A stretch of DNA of 64,000 bases, from positions 4,512,001-4,576,000 of the forward strand of contig OZ243927.1 in NCBI GenBank assembly GCA_965213925.1. Reading direction: 5' to 3'. Numbering within the stretch: position 1 is the stretch's first letter; every line of letters starts with the position of its first letter. The notes under the pieces are model-generated. The model did no database searches. It worked only from the letters and a program-made list of their open reading frames with translations, and was not told where the DNA came from. A program made the position numbers and the translations under genes. This document shows positions 19,068 through 29,313 of the stretch, piece by piece. Source of the DNA: Trueperaceae bacterium (GTDB lineage Bacteria; Deinococcota; Deinococci; Deinococcales; Trueperaceae).

Positions 19068-20249
19068 TCAAACCTCCTTTAACGACTCGATGATGTCGGT
19101 GCGCGAGGCGAGCAGCGCCGGATACAGGGCGCATAAGGCGCTCAGCAGACACGCTGCACTTAAACCGATGACAGCAGCCGGAAAGGACAGGTGGACGAAC
19201 AAGCTCTCAGCCTCTGGATTGGCAATGTGTAGGTAACGGTTGAACGCGACCAGTAACCCGTAAGCCAGTCCGACCCCCACAACCCCGCCTGCGAGCCCCA
19301 GCGTGAGCGAGTCGGTGAGGTAGCTCTGGAGGATGAGGGCGCGTGACGCGCCGACGCTGCGTAAAACCCCTATCCGCTTAGCTTGTCCTAAGACTCGGGC
19401 GAGCATCAGATTTACGACGTTGAAACCCGCGACGACCAGACCTACCGAGGCGAGCACCGCCACGATAAACTGGGCTGCTTTGGTCTGCGCGGCGAGTGCG
19501 TTGTCGCTGGCGGAGCGAACGTTCACCCGCTCCCCCCAGGTGGTGCGGACATAGCTCTCGAGCTGCGCCCTGGCTTCGCTCAACTTAGCCCTGTCGTCCA
19601 CGACAAAGCTCAAGCGGTCTATCGGGTTAAAAGGATTAGCAGGAAAGGGAATCAGCATATTCGGTTGATTGCTAGTGGGGTCTTCCTCGAGTACCCCGAC
19701 AATCTCGTAGCCTTCGATGCGTTGTCCGGTGGGGTCGCCTTCAAGGTCGGCAGCCTTAATAAGCCTCGAGCTGACTAGGGCAATTTGCTTCTTTTGTTCG
19801 TAATCGTCTTTGATGAACCCACTGCCCGAGCTGAGTTTGACCTCATTAGCCGCTAAATAATCCGGGGTGACACCGACTGCGTCGATAAACGCCATGTCTA
19901 CCTCTATTGAACCCATAAACTGGGGCACCTCGGCGTAAGCGTAGTCCACGGCGGGGGCTGCAACTCTGGCTTTTTCAACGTCCTCCAGGGTAAAGCTGAC
20001 GGGCTCGTCGTCGGCAGCGCCCAGCTTGACTACCGGAATAGGCACGGGACCCTCGTAAAAAGCCCTCCAGTCGTTCGCCCTCGGTGTAAGCGTAACCCGC
20101 CTGCCTTGGGATGACGCGGCAAAGTCACGGCTCGAGGCGGTGCCTATATCCAAAAAGGCTACAACTGCCGTCACTACGGCAACGCCGAGGGCGATCGCCA
20201 AAACGATCAGGATAGACTGTAAGGGTTGAGCGCGAAACTGACGAAACAC
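19068..20249 (-). CDS. MacB/FtsX-like ABC permease, type A copy 2
   Basis: PLQSILIVLAIALGVAVV, FNVVNLMLARV, GVLRSVGA. Confidence 0.9.
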   Translation of the reverse strand: MFRQFRAQPLQSILIVLAIALGVAVVTAVVAFLDIGTASSRDFAASSQGRRVTLTPRANDWRAFYEGPVPIPVVKLGAADDEPVSFTLEDVEKARVAAPAVDYAYAEVPQFMGSIEVDMAFIDAVGVTPDYLAANEVKLSSGSGFIKDDYEQKKQIALVSSRLIKAADLEGDPTGQRIEGYEIVGVLEEDPTSNQPNMLIPFPANPFNPIDRLSFVVDDRAKLSEARAQLESYVRTTWGERVNVRSASDNALAAQTKAAQFIVAVLASVGLVVAGFNVVNLMLARVLGQAKRIGVLRSVGASRALILQSYLTDSLTLGLAGGVVGVGLAYGLLVAFNRYLHIANPEAESLFVHLSFPAAVIGLSAACLLSALCALYPALLASRTDIIESLKEV

Positions 20250-20253
20250 CTGC

Positions 20254-21486
20254 TCACGTTCCCTTCAAAGCCTCTACCGGATTCGTCCTACCCGCTCGCA
20301 GCGCTGGGAAAATCCCCAACACCAACCCTAGCAGCAGCGCCACCCCGACCACCAGCAGCGCCGCTAGCGGCTGCCAGCGCAGGTCGATACTCCAGAAGAG
20401 GTTGCTACCGACCTGACGCGCCAGCAGTGGGATGACGAGCGCGGCGAGGAGTACGCCGAGCAGCCCGCCCAATCCAGAGAGTAAGGTCGCTTCTAGCGTG
20501 AATTCGCGCACCACGCTGCCCCGTGTTGCGCCCAGGGCGCGTTTGATACCGATGTCGCGTTCACGCTCGAGCGCGTCCACCACCATAATCGAGAAAATGC
20601 CGATCGAGCCGACGATTAAAGCCACGGTGCCGAACAAGCCGAACATGACGACGGTGGGGTCGAGTAGGTTCGAATTGAGACCGAAATCGGACTCGCCTAG
20701 CTCGCTGATGTAGAAGTCTTTACCCTCCTCAACGTCCATATCACGCAGCGTCGCGGCAAAGACTTGCCGGGCGGCGCCCACTACCTGCTCGCGCGCTGCC
20801 TCACCCTGCCCTTCTTTAGCAAGCACGTTGAGGGTGTCGATAACGCCCATGTCGCTCGAGGTCCAGCTAGGAAAGTAGACAAAGTCCTGGTTTTGAACCT
20901 CAGCGGCGGTGCCCGTTCTCTCGGCAAAGGTGCCAATGATCCGGTAAAGCACGGGCAGCCCGGCGTCGCCCAAACTTTCGTCCGGCATGAGGCTCAGGCT
21001 TTGTCCCAGGGGGTCTGCGTCGGGAAAGAGAATGGCGGCAGCCCCGTCGGAGATGAGAACGACCCTTTCTTGAGCGTCAGCCTCCTGCTCGGTAAACTGT
21101 GAGCCTCGCGTTACGCTGACGTCGTTCAAGTCGAAGTAGGCGCTGTCCACGAAAGCCCCCTGGTTGAACTGGTAAAGCCTGCCGTTCAGTTCAACTGTCG
21201 GGCTCCAAGCTTGCGCGTAGAGGGCGATTTCAACGTCCGGGACGAGGGTTAGGAGTTCGGCGACGCCCGCCTCGTCCATAACGCCGTAGGTGCTGCTCGA
21301 GCCGTCCTCGTCCCGGTACCCTGCAATCAGGTTGAAGCGCTCAGCCTGCGCCGCGTTTTGCCGCGCGTAAGCGCCCAGGTAAGCCGATAGCGCCAGCGTC
21401 ATCGCCAGCGCGCCGAGCACGATTTGCAAAAGGGTAAGAACAGCTCTTAAAGGTTTTTTGCGAAAGCGTCGCAGGATGCTCGTCAC
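20254..21486 (-). CDS. MacB/FtsX-like ABC permease, type B copy 1
   Basis: QIVLGALAMTLALSAY, ERERDIGIKRALGA, NPVEAL. Confidence 0.9.
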   Translation of the reverse strand: MTSILRRFRKKPLRAVLTLLQIVLGALAMTLALSAYLGAYARQNAAQAERFNLIAGYRDEDGSSSTYGVMDEAGVAELLTLVPDVEIALYAQAWSPTVELNGRLYQFNQGAFVDSAYFDLNDVSVTRGSQFTEQEADAQERVVLISDGAAAILFPDADPLGQSLSLMPDESLGDAGLPVLYRIIGTFAERTGTAAEVQNQDFVYFPSWTSSDMGVIDTLNVLAKEGQGEAAREQVVGAARQVFAATLRDMDVEEGKDFYISELGESDFGLNSNLLDPTVVMFGLFGTVALIVGSIGIFSIMVVDALERERDIGIKRALGATRGSVVREFTLEATLLSGLGGLLGVLLAALVIPLLARQVGSNLFWSIDLRWQPLAALLVVGVALLLGLVLGIFPALRAGRTNPVEALKGT

Positions 21487-21487
21487 G

Positions 21488-22717
21488 CTACACGTCCCGC
21501 AGCGCTTCGACCGGGCGCAAGCGCGACGCCTGCCAAGCCGGGTAAAAGCCGAACAGCAGGCTGGTCAGAAGCGCGGTAGCGAAACCTGCGGGCAGCGCCA
21601 GCCACGGAAACGCAGCTATGAAGGTGGCGTAGTCGTCGCCGTAAACGGCGAGTTGATAGCGGCTGAACGCGCTGTAAAGCCCGTAGCCTGCTGCCACACC
21701 GAAAACGCCACCGAGTGCGCCCAGCAACAGACTTTCGTTCAAAAACTGCCACAAGATACTCGAGCGCGTCGCGCCCAAACTGCGCAAAATACCGATGCTG
21801 TGCCGCTGCTTTAAGACCCTTGCCAGCATCAGGTTCATGATGTTCAAGGCTGCCGCTGCTAAAGCGGTCGAGGCAAAAGCGGCGATGACGACCGCTATCA
21901 ACCTAAACTGTCCTTCGATATTCCAGTCGCCTAGCGAGGCGACCGTGACGCGCGCTCCCCAGGTCTTCTCGGCGTAAGCTTGCAATTCTGTTCTGGCTTG
22001 CACTAAGTCAGCCTGATCTGCCACGGCGAAGGTGAGTTCTTCCGCCGCGCCCGCGTCCCAGGGGGAGGGCGTGTAAGGCACGTAGGTGTTGGCAAACCCG
22101 TCGGCACTGTATTCGTTCCCCTCGACAACGCCCAAAATGGTGTAGCTGTTCTCGCCATCAAAGTTCGAGAGCGAAACGCTTTGCCCTACCGGGTCACCTG
22201 TGACGCTGAGCTTTTTAAGCGCCACTTCCGAGAGCAAAATAACCCTGCGCTTCTCCCTAAAATCGCTCTCGCTCGGTAAGCCACCCTGACTGAGCTTGAC
22301 CTCAGCCGCTGCTAAGAAGTCCTGTGTCATGTCGGTGACTTCTAGGTCAAACGTCTCATTTTCCCGCTCAACTGTAAGGACGTTCCACCGCTGCAAGTAA
22401 GCATAGTCCACCGTCGGCGCGGCTTTTTTTGCAGGTGCTAAATCTTCCGGCGTCAGACTGACTTTTTTCTCGTTCGACAAGCCGACCTCGCGCACAGGAA
22501 CGCTTTCACCGCCGTTATAAAAAGCGCTCCAGTCATTTTCCTTGGTTTGCAGGGTGATTTGCCGTTGCGACAACAGGCTGCTGTTCAGTTGCGCGTTGTA
22601 CTGGTTGAAGGTTGCCGCGACCGCCGTCACCACCGCCACGCCGAGCGCGACAGCTAGGGCGATGAGCAGCGACTGGAGTGGGTAGGTCTTGAACTGACGA
22701 AATGCAGCTAATGACAC
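21488..22717 (-). CDS. MacB/FtsX-like ABC permease, type A copy 1
   Basis: PLQSLLIALAVALGVAVV, LNIMNLMLARV, GFYPAWQASRLRPVEALR. Confidence 0.9.
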   Translation of the reverse strand: MSLAAFRQFKTYPLQSLLIALAVALGVAVVTAVAATFNQYNAQLNSSLLSQRQITLQTKENDWSAFYNGGESVPVREVGLSNEKKVSLTPEDLAPAKKAAPTVDYAYLQRWNVLTVERENETFDLEVTDMTQDFLAAAEVKLSQGGLPSESDFREKRRVILLSEVALKKLSVTGDPVGQSVSLSNFDGENSYTILGVVEGNEYSADGFANTYVPYTPSPWDAGAAEELTFAVADQADLVQARTELQAYAEKTWGARVTVASLGDWNIEGQFRLIAVVIAAFASTALAAAALNIMNLMLARVLKQRHSIGILRSLGATRSSILWQFLNESLLLGALGGVFGVAAGYGLYSAFSRYQLAVYGDDYATFIAAFPWLALPAGFATALLTSLLFGFYPAWQASRLRPVEALRDV

Positions 22718-23270
22718 CTTAGAACCTCATTCTATTACCGAGATAAAAGCTGACACAAGCTAGGGATTGCTAGCCGCGAGAGGGGAGAATGCATCACTAT
22801 AGTCCTGGCTTGCCAAGCCGTCAACTGAATTTCGCAAAGGATGAAGACTCCAAAGAGGCGGCAAGAGGTTGAAGTTGGGGCGTATGAAGGTGCCTTCGAA
22901 AGGTGAAGCGTTCTTGCTGTAAACCTCGACACTAGGCTCCCTAGCATTGCTACGTAATTTATTATATAGTAATCCTAGGTAATGACATTGTCAAGAGGTT
23001 TGGGTCATTTTTTCGCGACGTCAGTTAGATATTCCCTAATCGAAAAAATAGTTACGCCAAGCTCGAGTGTCCCGTTTACAGCTTTTGTGTAGATTCCTTA
23101 AGGTCGTCAGGAGCGTACGTTCTAACCCAGCTTAGCTCAGAATGACATGGCTTATTTTTTAGCTGACAAAGTATCAACTCTCCCGCGACGGCCGTCTGCT
23201 ATCAGCGCGGCGGAGCGCTCGGGTAAGCCTCGAGACGCGCCACCTCGCGCGCCCGACCTACACTCAGAAG

Positions 23271-23396
23271 GTGTTACCAACAGGCTTACAACTACCGCAG
23301 GAAACCGCAGAGGTCTCTTCTCGTGTACGCCGAAGGATAGATCAACTGAAGGGTTTCGTACCTAACTGGCATCTGCTGCCAAGAGGTTACAGGTGA
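23271..23396 (+). CDS. Putative leaderless 41-aa upstream ORF coupled to bshA
   Basis: TACACT 6 nt before GTG; TGA overlaps the bshA GTG (GTGA). Confidence 0.4.
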   Translation: MLPTGLQLPQETAEVSSRVRRRIDQLKGFVPNWHLLPRGYR

Positions 23397-24562
23397 ATAT
23401 CGCCGTACTCCTCCACAGCGGCGCGGGCGGCAGCGGCGTCGTCGCCACCGAACTCGGGCTCTGCTACGCGCGGATGGGTCACGACGTCCACTTCGTCGCG
23501 AACCGCGTGCCTTTTCGTCTGTCCGAAACAGAACAAGCGAACGTTTACTACCACCAAGTCGAGAGCATGTCGTATCCACTCTTCGACGCGCCTCTAACCA
23601 CCCTAGCCGAAGCCTCGAAGCTCGCCGAAGTCATCGAGGGGTACGGCGTCGAGGTCATCCACGCGCACTACGCCATCCCGCACGCGGCGGCGGCAGTCAT
23701 GGCGCGGGACATGGTTCACGCCAGCCCTAAACCCGTCGTCGTCACGACCTTGCACGGCACAGACGTGACCTTGGTCGGGCTGGACCGAGCGTACTTACGA
23801 GCGACGCAGTACTCCATCGAACGTTCCGACGTCGTCACCGCCGTCAGCCGATACCTAGCGGACTACACGCGCAGCGAGATGGGCGTAAAGCGCGACATCA
23901 TGGTCGTGCCGAACGCGGTCGACCACGCCCGCTTCACGCCGCGAGACTCTCCGGAGTTGCGCCAGCGCTACGCCCACCCGGACGAGAAGCTCGTCGTCCA
24001 CGTTTCCAACTTCCGCCCGGTCAAGCGCGTGGAGGACGTGATTCGCACCTTCGCCCGCGTCGCCGAGGGGGTCGGCGCGCGGCTCCTCATGATCGGCGAC
24101 GGACCGGAGCGGCAAAAGGCGCTCGAGCTAGCCGCCGACCTCAACATCGGCGGGCGGGTCTCGTTTTTAGGCTCGTTTCCGCGCGTCGAGGACGTTTTAG
24201 CCATCAGCGACCTCTTCTTGTTGCCGAGCACCGAAGAGTCGTTCGGTCTAGCAGCGTTAGAGGCGATGTCGTCGGGCGTGCCTGTGGTGGCAAGTCGGGT
24301 CGGGGGCATCCCCGAAGTGGTCGTGGACGGCGAGACAGGCTTTCTCTGCGCGCCCAAAGACACGCAGGCGATGGCGGCAGCGGCGCTCAAACTGCTCACG
24401 GACAGCGCGCTGTATGAACAGATGAGCCGCGCGGCGCGGACGCGGGCGGTAGAACGCTTCAACGAAAACGAGGTCGTACCGCTCTACACGCAAGCTTACG
24501 AGCGGGCGTTGGAGCGTTCAGACGCGCCGGAAGCGTCGCCGGCTGTGGCGAGCGGTAAATAG
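23393..24562 (+). CDS. bshA: N-acetyl-alpha-D-glucosaminyl L-malate synthase (bacillithiol biosynthesis)
   Basis: [48 protein letters not shown]. Confidence 0.95.
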   Translation: MNIAVLLHSGAGGSGVVATELGLCYARMGHDVHFVANRVPFRLSETEQANVYYHQVESMSYPLFDAPLTTLAEASKLAEVIEGYGVEVIHAHYAIPHAAAAVMARDMVHASPKPVVVTTLHGTDVTLVGLDRAYLRATQYSIERSDVVTAVSRYLADYTRSEMGVKRDIMVVPNAVDHARFTPRDSPELRQRYAHPDEKLVVHVSNFRPVKRVEDVIRTFARVAEGVGARLLMIGDGPERQKALELAADLNIGGRVSFLGSFPRVEDVLAISDLFLLPSTEESFGLAALEAMSSGVPVVASRVGGIPEVVVDGETGFLCAPKDTQAMAAAALKLLTDSALYEQMSRAARTRAVERFNENEVVPLYTQAYERALERSDAPEASPAVASGK

Positions 24563-25536
24563 GGAACGGCGTCCACCGAGAGGGTGGCGGGGTCGAACGT
24601 GGGCTCAGCCAGTCCCACCCTCAGCCGCTCGTGCGCCGCCAACGCGATCATTGCGCCGTTGTCCGTCGCTAAGGAGAGGGGCGGCACGTGCACCTCTAGG
24701 TCCGTTCGGGCTAGCCGCTCGCGCAAGCGCCGGTTCGCCGCCACGCCGCCCGCGACGACGAGCTTTCGGCGACCCGTCGCCTCAGCCGCCCGGAGCGTCA
24801 CGCTGACCAGGCTCTCCACCGCCACACGCTCGAAACTCGCCGCGACGTCGGCGCGGTCTATCTCGGGGTGCTTCTGCAAGAGGACGGAGACCGCCGTTTT
24901 AAGCCCACTAAACGAGAAGTCGAAGCCGGTCTGCGCGCGTAGCGGCACGGTGAAATCCACCGCAAATTCGTCCCCCGCTTCCGCGAGCTTACTCAGCGCG
25001 GGACCGCCCGGATAGCTGAGCCCCAGAAGCCGCGCCACCTTGTCGAACGCTTCACCCGCCGCGTCGTCGCGGCTGTGACCGAGCGCGGCGTAGTCGCCCC
25101 ACGCCTCAATAGAGAACAGACTGGTGTGCCCGCCCGAGGCGATGAGGCAGAGAAAGGGCGGCTGCACGTCTCCCGAGCCTAGACACGAGGCGATGTGTCC
25201 CTCCAGATGGTGGACGGGCAAAAAGGGCAGCTCCCGCGCCCACGCCAGCGCCTTCGCGTAGTTCAAACCGACCAAGAGCGCACCGACCAGACCCGGACCA
25301 TACGTCGCGGCGACCGCCGTAACGTCGTCCAGCGTAAGCCCCGCTTCGCCCAAAGCTCGCCGCACGACCTCGTCTATGACCGAGAGGTGCTCGCGGCTCG
25401 CCTGCTCGGGCATGACGCCGCCGAAGGGCGCGTGCAGCGCCGTCTGCGAGGCGATGACGTTAGCGACGACCTCGCCGTCCTTGACAATGCCGACGCCCGT
25501 GTCGTCGCAAGAGGTGTCGATGCCTAAGATGATCAC
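24496..25536 (-). CDS. tsaD: tRNA N6-adenosine threonylcarbamoyltransferase
   Basis: [50 protein letters not shown]. Confidence 0.97.
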   Translation of the reverse strand: MIILGIDTSCDDTGVGIVKDGEVVANVIASQTALHAPFGGVMPEQASREHLSVIDEVVRRALGEAGLTLDDVTAVAATYGPGLVGALLVGLNYAKALAWARELPFLPVHHLEGHIASCLGSGDVQPPFLCLIASGGHTSLFSIEAWGDYAALGHSRDDAAGEAFDKVARLLGLSYPGGPALSKLAEAGDEFAVDFTVPLRAQTGFDFSFSGLKTAVSVLLQKHPEIDRADVAASFERVAVESLVSVTLRAAEATGRRKLVVAGGVAANRRLRERLARTDLEVHVPPLSLATDNGAMIALAAHERLRVGLAEPTFDPATLSVDAVPYLPLATAGDASGASERSNARS

Positions 25537-25584
25537 GTTTTTAAGCGTATCATTCTGACGGGGTTTCGACCGTTAAGGAAGCTC

Positions 25585-25641
25585 GTCAGCGGGTCAGCCA
25601 GTCAGCAGATCAGGAAAAACCTGAGGTGCTGACACGCTGAA
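25585..25641. repeat. Short tandem/inverted repeat (GTCAGC...GCTGA)
   Basis: GTCAGC x3 followed by GCTGA x2 between divergent genes. Confidence 0.5.
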
Positions 25642-25670
25642 ATGCCTTTGAACTTCGGTAAACTGACGCA

Positions 25671-26804
25671 ATGACCTTCGCCGAAACCCTGCACGATTAT
25701 CACCGCTTGGAATCCCACTCCCTACAAAACGGGCGCTACATCACGAAGAAGGGCGTACGCGGTTACCCCGACGTGCATCCGGGTGCAGCGTTGATGGTAC
25801 GCGCAGCCGACCTCTCCGTTAAGAGTGTAGATGACCTCACGGGCAGTGCGGGGTTCGTGGCGCTAGCGGCGCTCAGGCAAGGCGCAGAAGAGGTGCGCGT
25901 GGCGGAAAGCTCGAGAGCCGCGCTGCGCTGCGCCAAGGAGACGTTCGCAGATAGGGACACCGCGACGCTCCTCGCGGGCGCACCCTGGGACATTCCTGCT
26001 GAATCTACAGACCTCGTCTGTCTCCTGCCCCAAACGGACAAGGGAACGGCTCGAGTCCTCGCTGAATTTGCGGGCGCACACACTGCTCTAAAGCCGGGGG
26101 GAACGGCATTTTTCGCCCTACACAAAGACCAAGGCGCGAAGCGTTACGAAAAGCGAGCGGCGACCCTCTTCGGCGCGTCTCAAGTCATCGCAAAAGAGGG
26201 AGGGTGGCGGCTCTCTAAGGCGGTCAAGCGAGGGGTCGAAGAACAAAGCGTGCAGCCGCTCACCTTCGACGCGGCAGGGCTGAGCTTGGAGGCGTTGCCG
26301 GGCGTTTACGCGGCGGGCAAACTCGACCCCGGCACGGCGCTCTTGTTGGAGACCCTAGACCTCGCTCCGCTACCCGGACAGCGCGTCTTAGACCTCGGCT
26401 GCGGCTACGGGCTCTTAGCCCTCAAAGCCTCGCTCGCGGGCGCATCGGTCACAGCGCTAGATGACGACTTGCTCGCTGTGCGCAGCGCGCATCAGAACGC
26501 TAAGCGCTACGGCTTGGACGTGCGCGCGCTCCACTCGGATGTCGATTCGGAAATCCTGGACGAGACGTTCGATTCGGTGCTCATGAATCCACCGTTTCAC
26601 GTCGGCAAACAAGTCGTCATGGACGTGCCGAGGGCGTTTCTAGCCGCCGCCCACGAGCACCTGCGCCCCGGCGGAGCCCTCACGCTCGTGGCGAACAAAG
26701 CGCTCCCTTACGAACGGGATTTGGAACGGTGGGCGTCGTTCGAGACATTGGCGACGAATAAGCAGTTCAAGGTGTTAAAGGCAGTGAAAAGAGAAAAGGA
26801 CTGA
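25671..26804 (+). CDS. Class I SAM methyltransferase, RsmC/MTS family
   Basis: LDPGTALLL, LDLGCGYG, MNPPFH. Confidence 0.85.
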   Translation: MTFAETLHDYHRLESHSLQNGRYITKKGVRGYPDVHPGAALMVRAADLSVKSVDDLTGSAGFVALAALRQGAEEVRVAESSRAALRCAKETFADRDTATLLAGAPWDIPAESTDLVCLLPQTDKGTARVLAEFAGAHTALKPGGTAFFALHKDQGAKRYEKRAATLFGASQVIAKEGGWRLSKAVKRGVEEQSVQPLTFDAAGLSLEALPGVYAAGKLDPGTALLLETLDLAPLPGQRVLDLGCGYGLLALKASLAGASVTALDDDLLAVRSAHQNAKRYGLDVRALHSDVDSEILDETFDSVLMNPPFHVGKQVVMDVPRAFLAAAHEHLRPGGALTLVANKALPYERDLERWASFETLATNKQFKVLKAVKREKD

Positions 26805-26846
26805 GGACTGAGCTTAGAAGGCTTTTCCCTCAGTCTTTTTCTCTTT
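26788..26846. terminator. Inverted repeat spanning both convergent stop codons, probable bidirectional terminator
   Basis: AAAGAGAAAAGGACTGAGG / CCTCAGTCTTTTTCTCTTT (18/19). Confidence 0.65.
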
Positions 26847-27726
26847 GAACTTCTTTGAGGGTATACCCCCCGCTCGGCTCGAGCCCCAGCACCCGCCCCC
26901 CTCTCACAAAGGTCTGCATCTCTCTTCTGACCTCCCGCGTCGCCTCACCCAGACTGATCGCCGCTAGCGTCGGCCCTGCGCCCGAGAGAAAGGCGGCGCT
27001 CGCGCCTGCGGCTAGGAGGCGCTTGCGGCACTCCGCTAAGCCTGGAATGAGCGGCTCGCGGTAGGGCTCGTGGAGGACGTCTTGCGCGGCGACGCGCAGC
27101 AGTTCGGGTTTGTTGAGGGCGACTGCGGCGGTCCAGAGGGCGGTGCGGCTGGCGGTGTAGATGGCGTCCGCCCGGACGTAGCGCGTCGGCAGGGCGGCTC
27201 GCGCCTCGCTCGTGAAGAGTTCGAAGTCGGGCACGGCGAAGCTGAAGTGCCAGTCGTTCGGCAAGGGTAGCGTCTGACAGAGATACCTTTCGTCCGCTCT
27301 CGCGCTCACCGTAAAGCCGCCATACACCGCCGGGGCGACGTTGTCGGGGTGCCCCTCGATGTCGGCGGTGAGCTGAAAGACGCCGTCCCGCCCCAACCGC
27401 TCGCCCGTCACCGCGTCCGCTAGAGCCGCGCCCGCCACCAAAGCCGCCGACGAGGAACCGAGACCTCTCGCTAGAGGAATAGGATTGTGTGCCTCGAGCC
27501 TCACGCAAGGTGCACGTTCGCCCAGCGCCGCGTAGACCGCCCGAAAGCCTTGGTGGATGAGGTTGTCGGGCGTGTCAGGGACGTTGCCCTCGCCCTCGTA
27601 GATCAGGTGATCCTTAGAAGACGAGGTCGCGCTGACCTCGAGGTAGAGCCCCACCGCGACGCCCAAACAGTCGAAGCCGGGTCCTAGATTCGCGCTCGTC
27701 GCGGGCACGCGGACGCGCTCATACAT
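26830..27726 (-). CDS. thrB: Homoserine kinase
   Basis: VPATSANLGPGFD, PLARGLGSSSA, EGHPDNVAPA, LSGAGPT; start overlaps the nnr stop. Confidence 0.96.
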   Translation of the reverse strand: MYERVRVPATSANLGPGFDCLGVAVGLYLEVSATSSSKDHLIYEGEGNVPDTPDNLIHQGFRAVYAALGERAPCVRLEAHNPIPLARGLGSSSAALVAGAALADAVTGERLGRDGVFQLTADIEGHPDNVAPAVYGGFTVSARADERYLCQTLPLPNDWHFSFAVPDFELFTSEARAALPTRYVRADAIYTASRTALWTAAVALNKPELLRVAAQDVLHEPYREPLIPGLAECRKRLLAAGASAAFLSGAGPTLAAISLGEATREVRREMQTFVRGGRVLGLEPSGGYTLKEVQREKD

Positions 27727-29228
27727 CACGCGCCAGACCCCGTGCGTTTCAAGTCCCGCCAAACGTCCGCGAAGTGCGCAACTAGGTCCGTTGCGACGAG
27801 CCCGTCGCCCCACGTCCGCGCGGCGCGTTCGCCCGCCGCGCCGTGCGCGAAGGCGGTGGCGCAGACCCGCTCGAAAAGCTCTTCCGACGTTTCAGCGCCC
27901 GCGCACCACGCGCCTAGAAGCCCCGAGAGCACGTCGCCCGAGCCGCCCGTCGCCATCCCCGGATGACCGTGCGTGGTGACGGCGGCGCGTCCATTTGGCA
28001 AAGCAATAACCGTGGAGGCTCCTTTGAGAAGCGCGACGGCGCTGCTCTTCTCGGCGAGCGTTTTAGCCGCGCCGACAGGGTCATCTAGGATGTCGGAGGC
28101 GGAGAGGTTTAGGAGCCTCGAGGCTTCTCCTACGTGGGGCGTCAAGACGCAGCGTCCCTGCTCCCGCACCGCCTCGAACCAAGCGTCGTCGCCAGTGAGG
28201 GCGCTCGCATCGAGAATCGTGGGCGCGTCGCTCTGCGCGATAAGCTCGGGCAAATAGGGCGCGGCGCGTTCGTCCAACCCCGGACCGATCACGCGCACTT
28301 GGGCGCGTTTAGGCGAAAAGTCGGCGAGTTGGTTTAAGGGGTCTTCATCCCAGTGAAGGGGCTGAAAGATGATTTCGGGCCAGGTATCCGTGAAGCGCGC
28401 CTCGCCTGCGACCGTCACGAGCCCCGCGCCCGCCCGGAGCGCGGCGCGGCACGCCATCTCCGCCGCGCCCAAATATTGTTCAGAACCCGCGACAACCAAG
28501 ACCGTGCCGACCTCATACTTGTGCGTGTCGTGTGGGCGCGTCGGCAGATGCCCGCTCACGTGCTCCGGTATGAGGAGCGTAAGGCTCGAGTGCTCACTCA
28601 ACACCTCTTGAGGAATGCCGATGTCCACGAGTTCAACCTCGCCGAAAGCACTCTTCGCCGGATAGAAGGCGCTCGCGAGCTTCGGTCCGGCGAGTTGCGC
28701 TGTTCTCGTCGCCCGGACGTGCGGTCCGATCAAGCTGACCTCGTCCGCGCTCACGCCGCTCGGCACATCGACGCTGAGGACGGGCGCTGAGCCCCCATTC
28801 AGCGCCTCCACCATCTGCGCCAGCTCGCCCTCCAAAGGGCGCGACAGACCGCTGCCGAAAAGCGCGTCGATGACGAGCCCTGAAGCGCTCAGGTGCGCTT
28901 TCAAGGTCTCCAAGCTCAGCGCCTGCGCCTCGCCGCCCACCGCGACGAACGCCCCGCGCATCACCTCGGGGTCGCCTTCGAGGTCGGGGGACAGCTCGAG
29001 CACCTTGACCCCACACCCCGCCAAACGCAGATGCCGCGCCACCACGTAACCGTCGCCGCCGTTGTTGCCCTTGCCGCAGAGAACGAGGGCGTCCCTGCCA
29101 GGCCAGTTTTTGAGCGCGACGTCCGCGACCCCGCGCCCGGCAGTTTCCATCAGGATGAGAGAGGGGATGCCCGCGCTTATGGCGCTCTGGTCAACGGCGC
29201 GCATCTCTTCGGAGGTAAAGAGCTTCAT
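27726..29228 (-). CDS. nnr: Bifunctional NAD(P)H-hydrate epimerase/dehydratase
   Basis: CGKGNNGGDG, DALFGSGL, VDVPSG, LTPHVGE, MATGGSGDVL. Confidence 0.95.
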   Translation of the reverse strand: MKLFTSEEMRAVDQSAISAGIPSLILMETAGRGVADVALKNWPGRDALVLCGKGNNGGDGYVVARHLRLAGCGVKVLELSPDLEGDPEVMRGAFVAVGGEAQALSLETLKAHLSASGLVIDALFGSGLSRPLEGELAQMVEALNGGSAPVLSVDVPSGVSADEVSLIGPHVRATRTAQLAGPKLASAFYPAKSAFGEVELVDIGIPQEVLSEHSSLTLLIPEHVSGHLPTRPHDTHKYEVGTVLVVAGSEQYLGAAEMACRAALRAGAGLVTVAGEARFTDTWPEIIFQPLHWDEDPLNQLADFSPKRAQVRVIGPGLDERAAPYLPELIAQSDAPTILDASALTGDDAWFEAVREQGRCVLTPHVGEASRLLNLSASDILDDPVGAAKTLAEKSSAVALLKGASTVIALPNGRAAVTTHGHPGMATGGSGDVLSGLLGAWCAGAETSEELFERVCATAFAHGAAGERAARTWGDGLVATDLVAHFADVWRDLKRTGSGA

Positions 29229-29313
29229 GGGGCTAGTTTACGTGATTTATCCGGTTACGTAGGAGGCAAGGTCCGCCAGCGTGACGTGGATAGCTTTAGC
29301 GCTTACGCAAGCC

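Noticed and set aside
23128..23154. Possible att duplication of the pilC 3' end (CAGCTTAG...TGGCT)
   Set aside because: Only 8+5 nt match, and it requires a 12-nt gap; no integrase present; could be chance.
24496..24562. 67-nt convergent overlap of bshA and tsaD
   Set aside because: Both tails look low-information; stop-codon drift is the simpler explanation.
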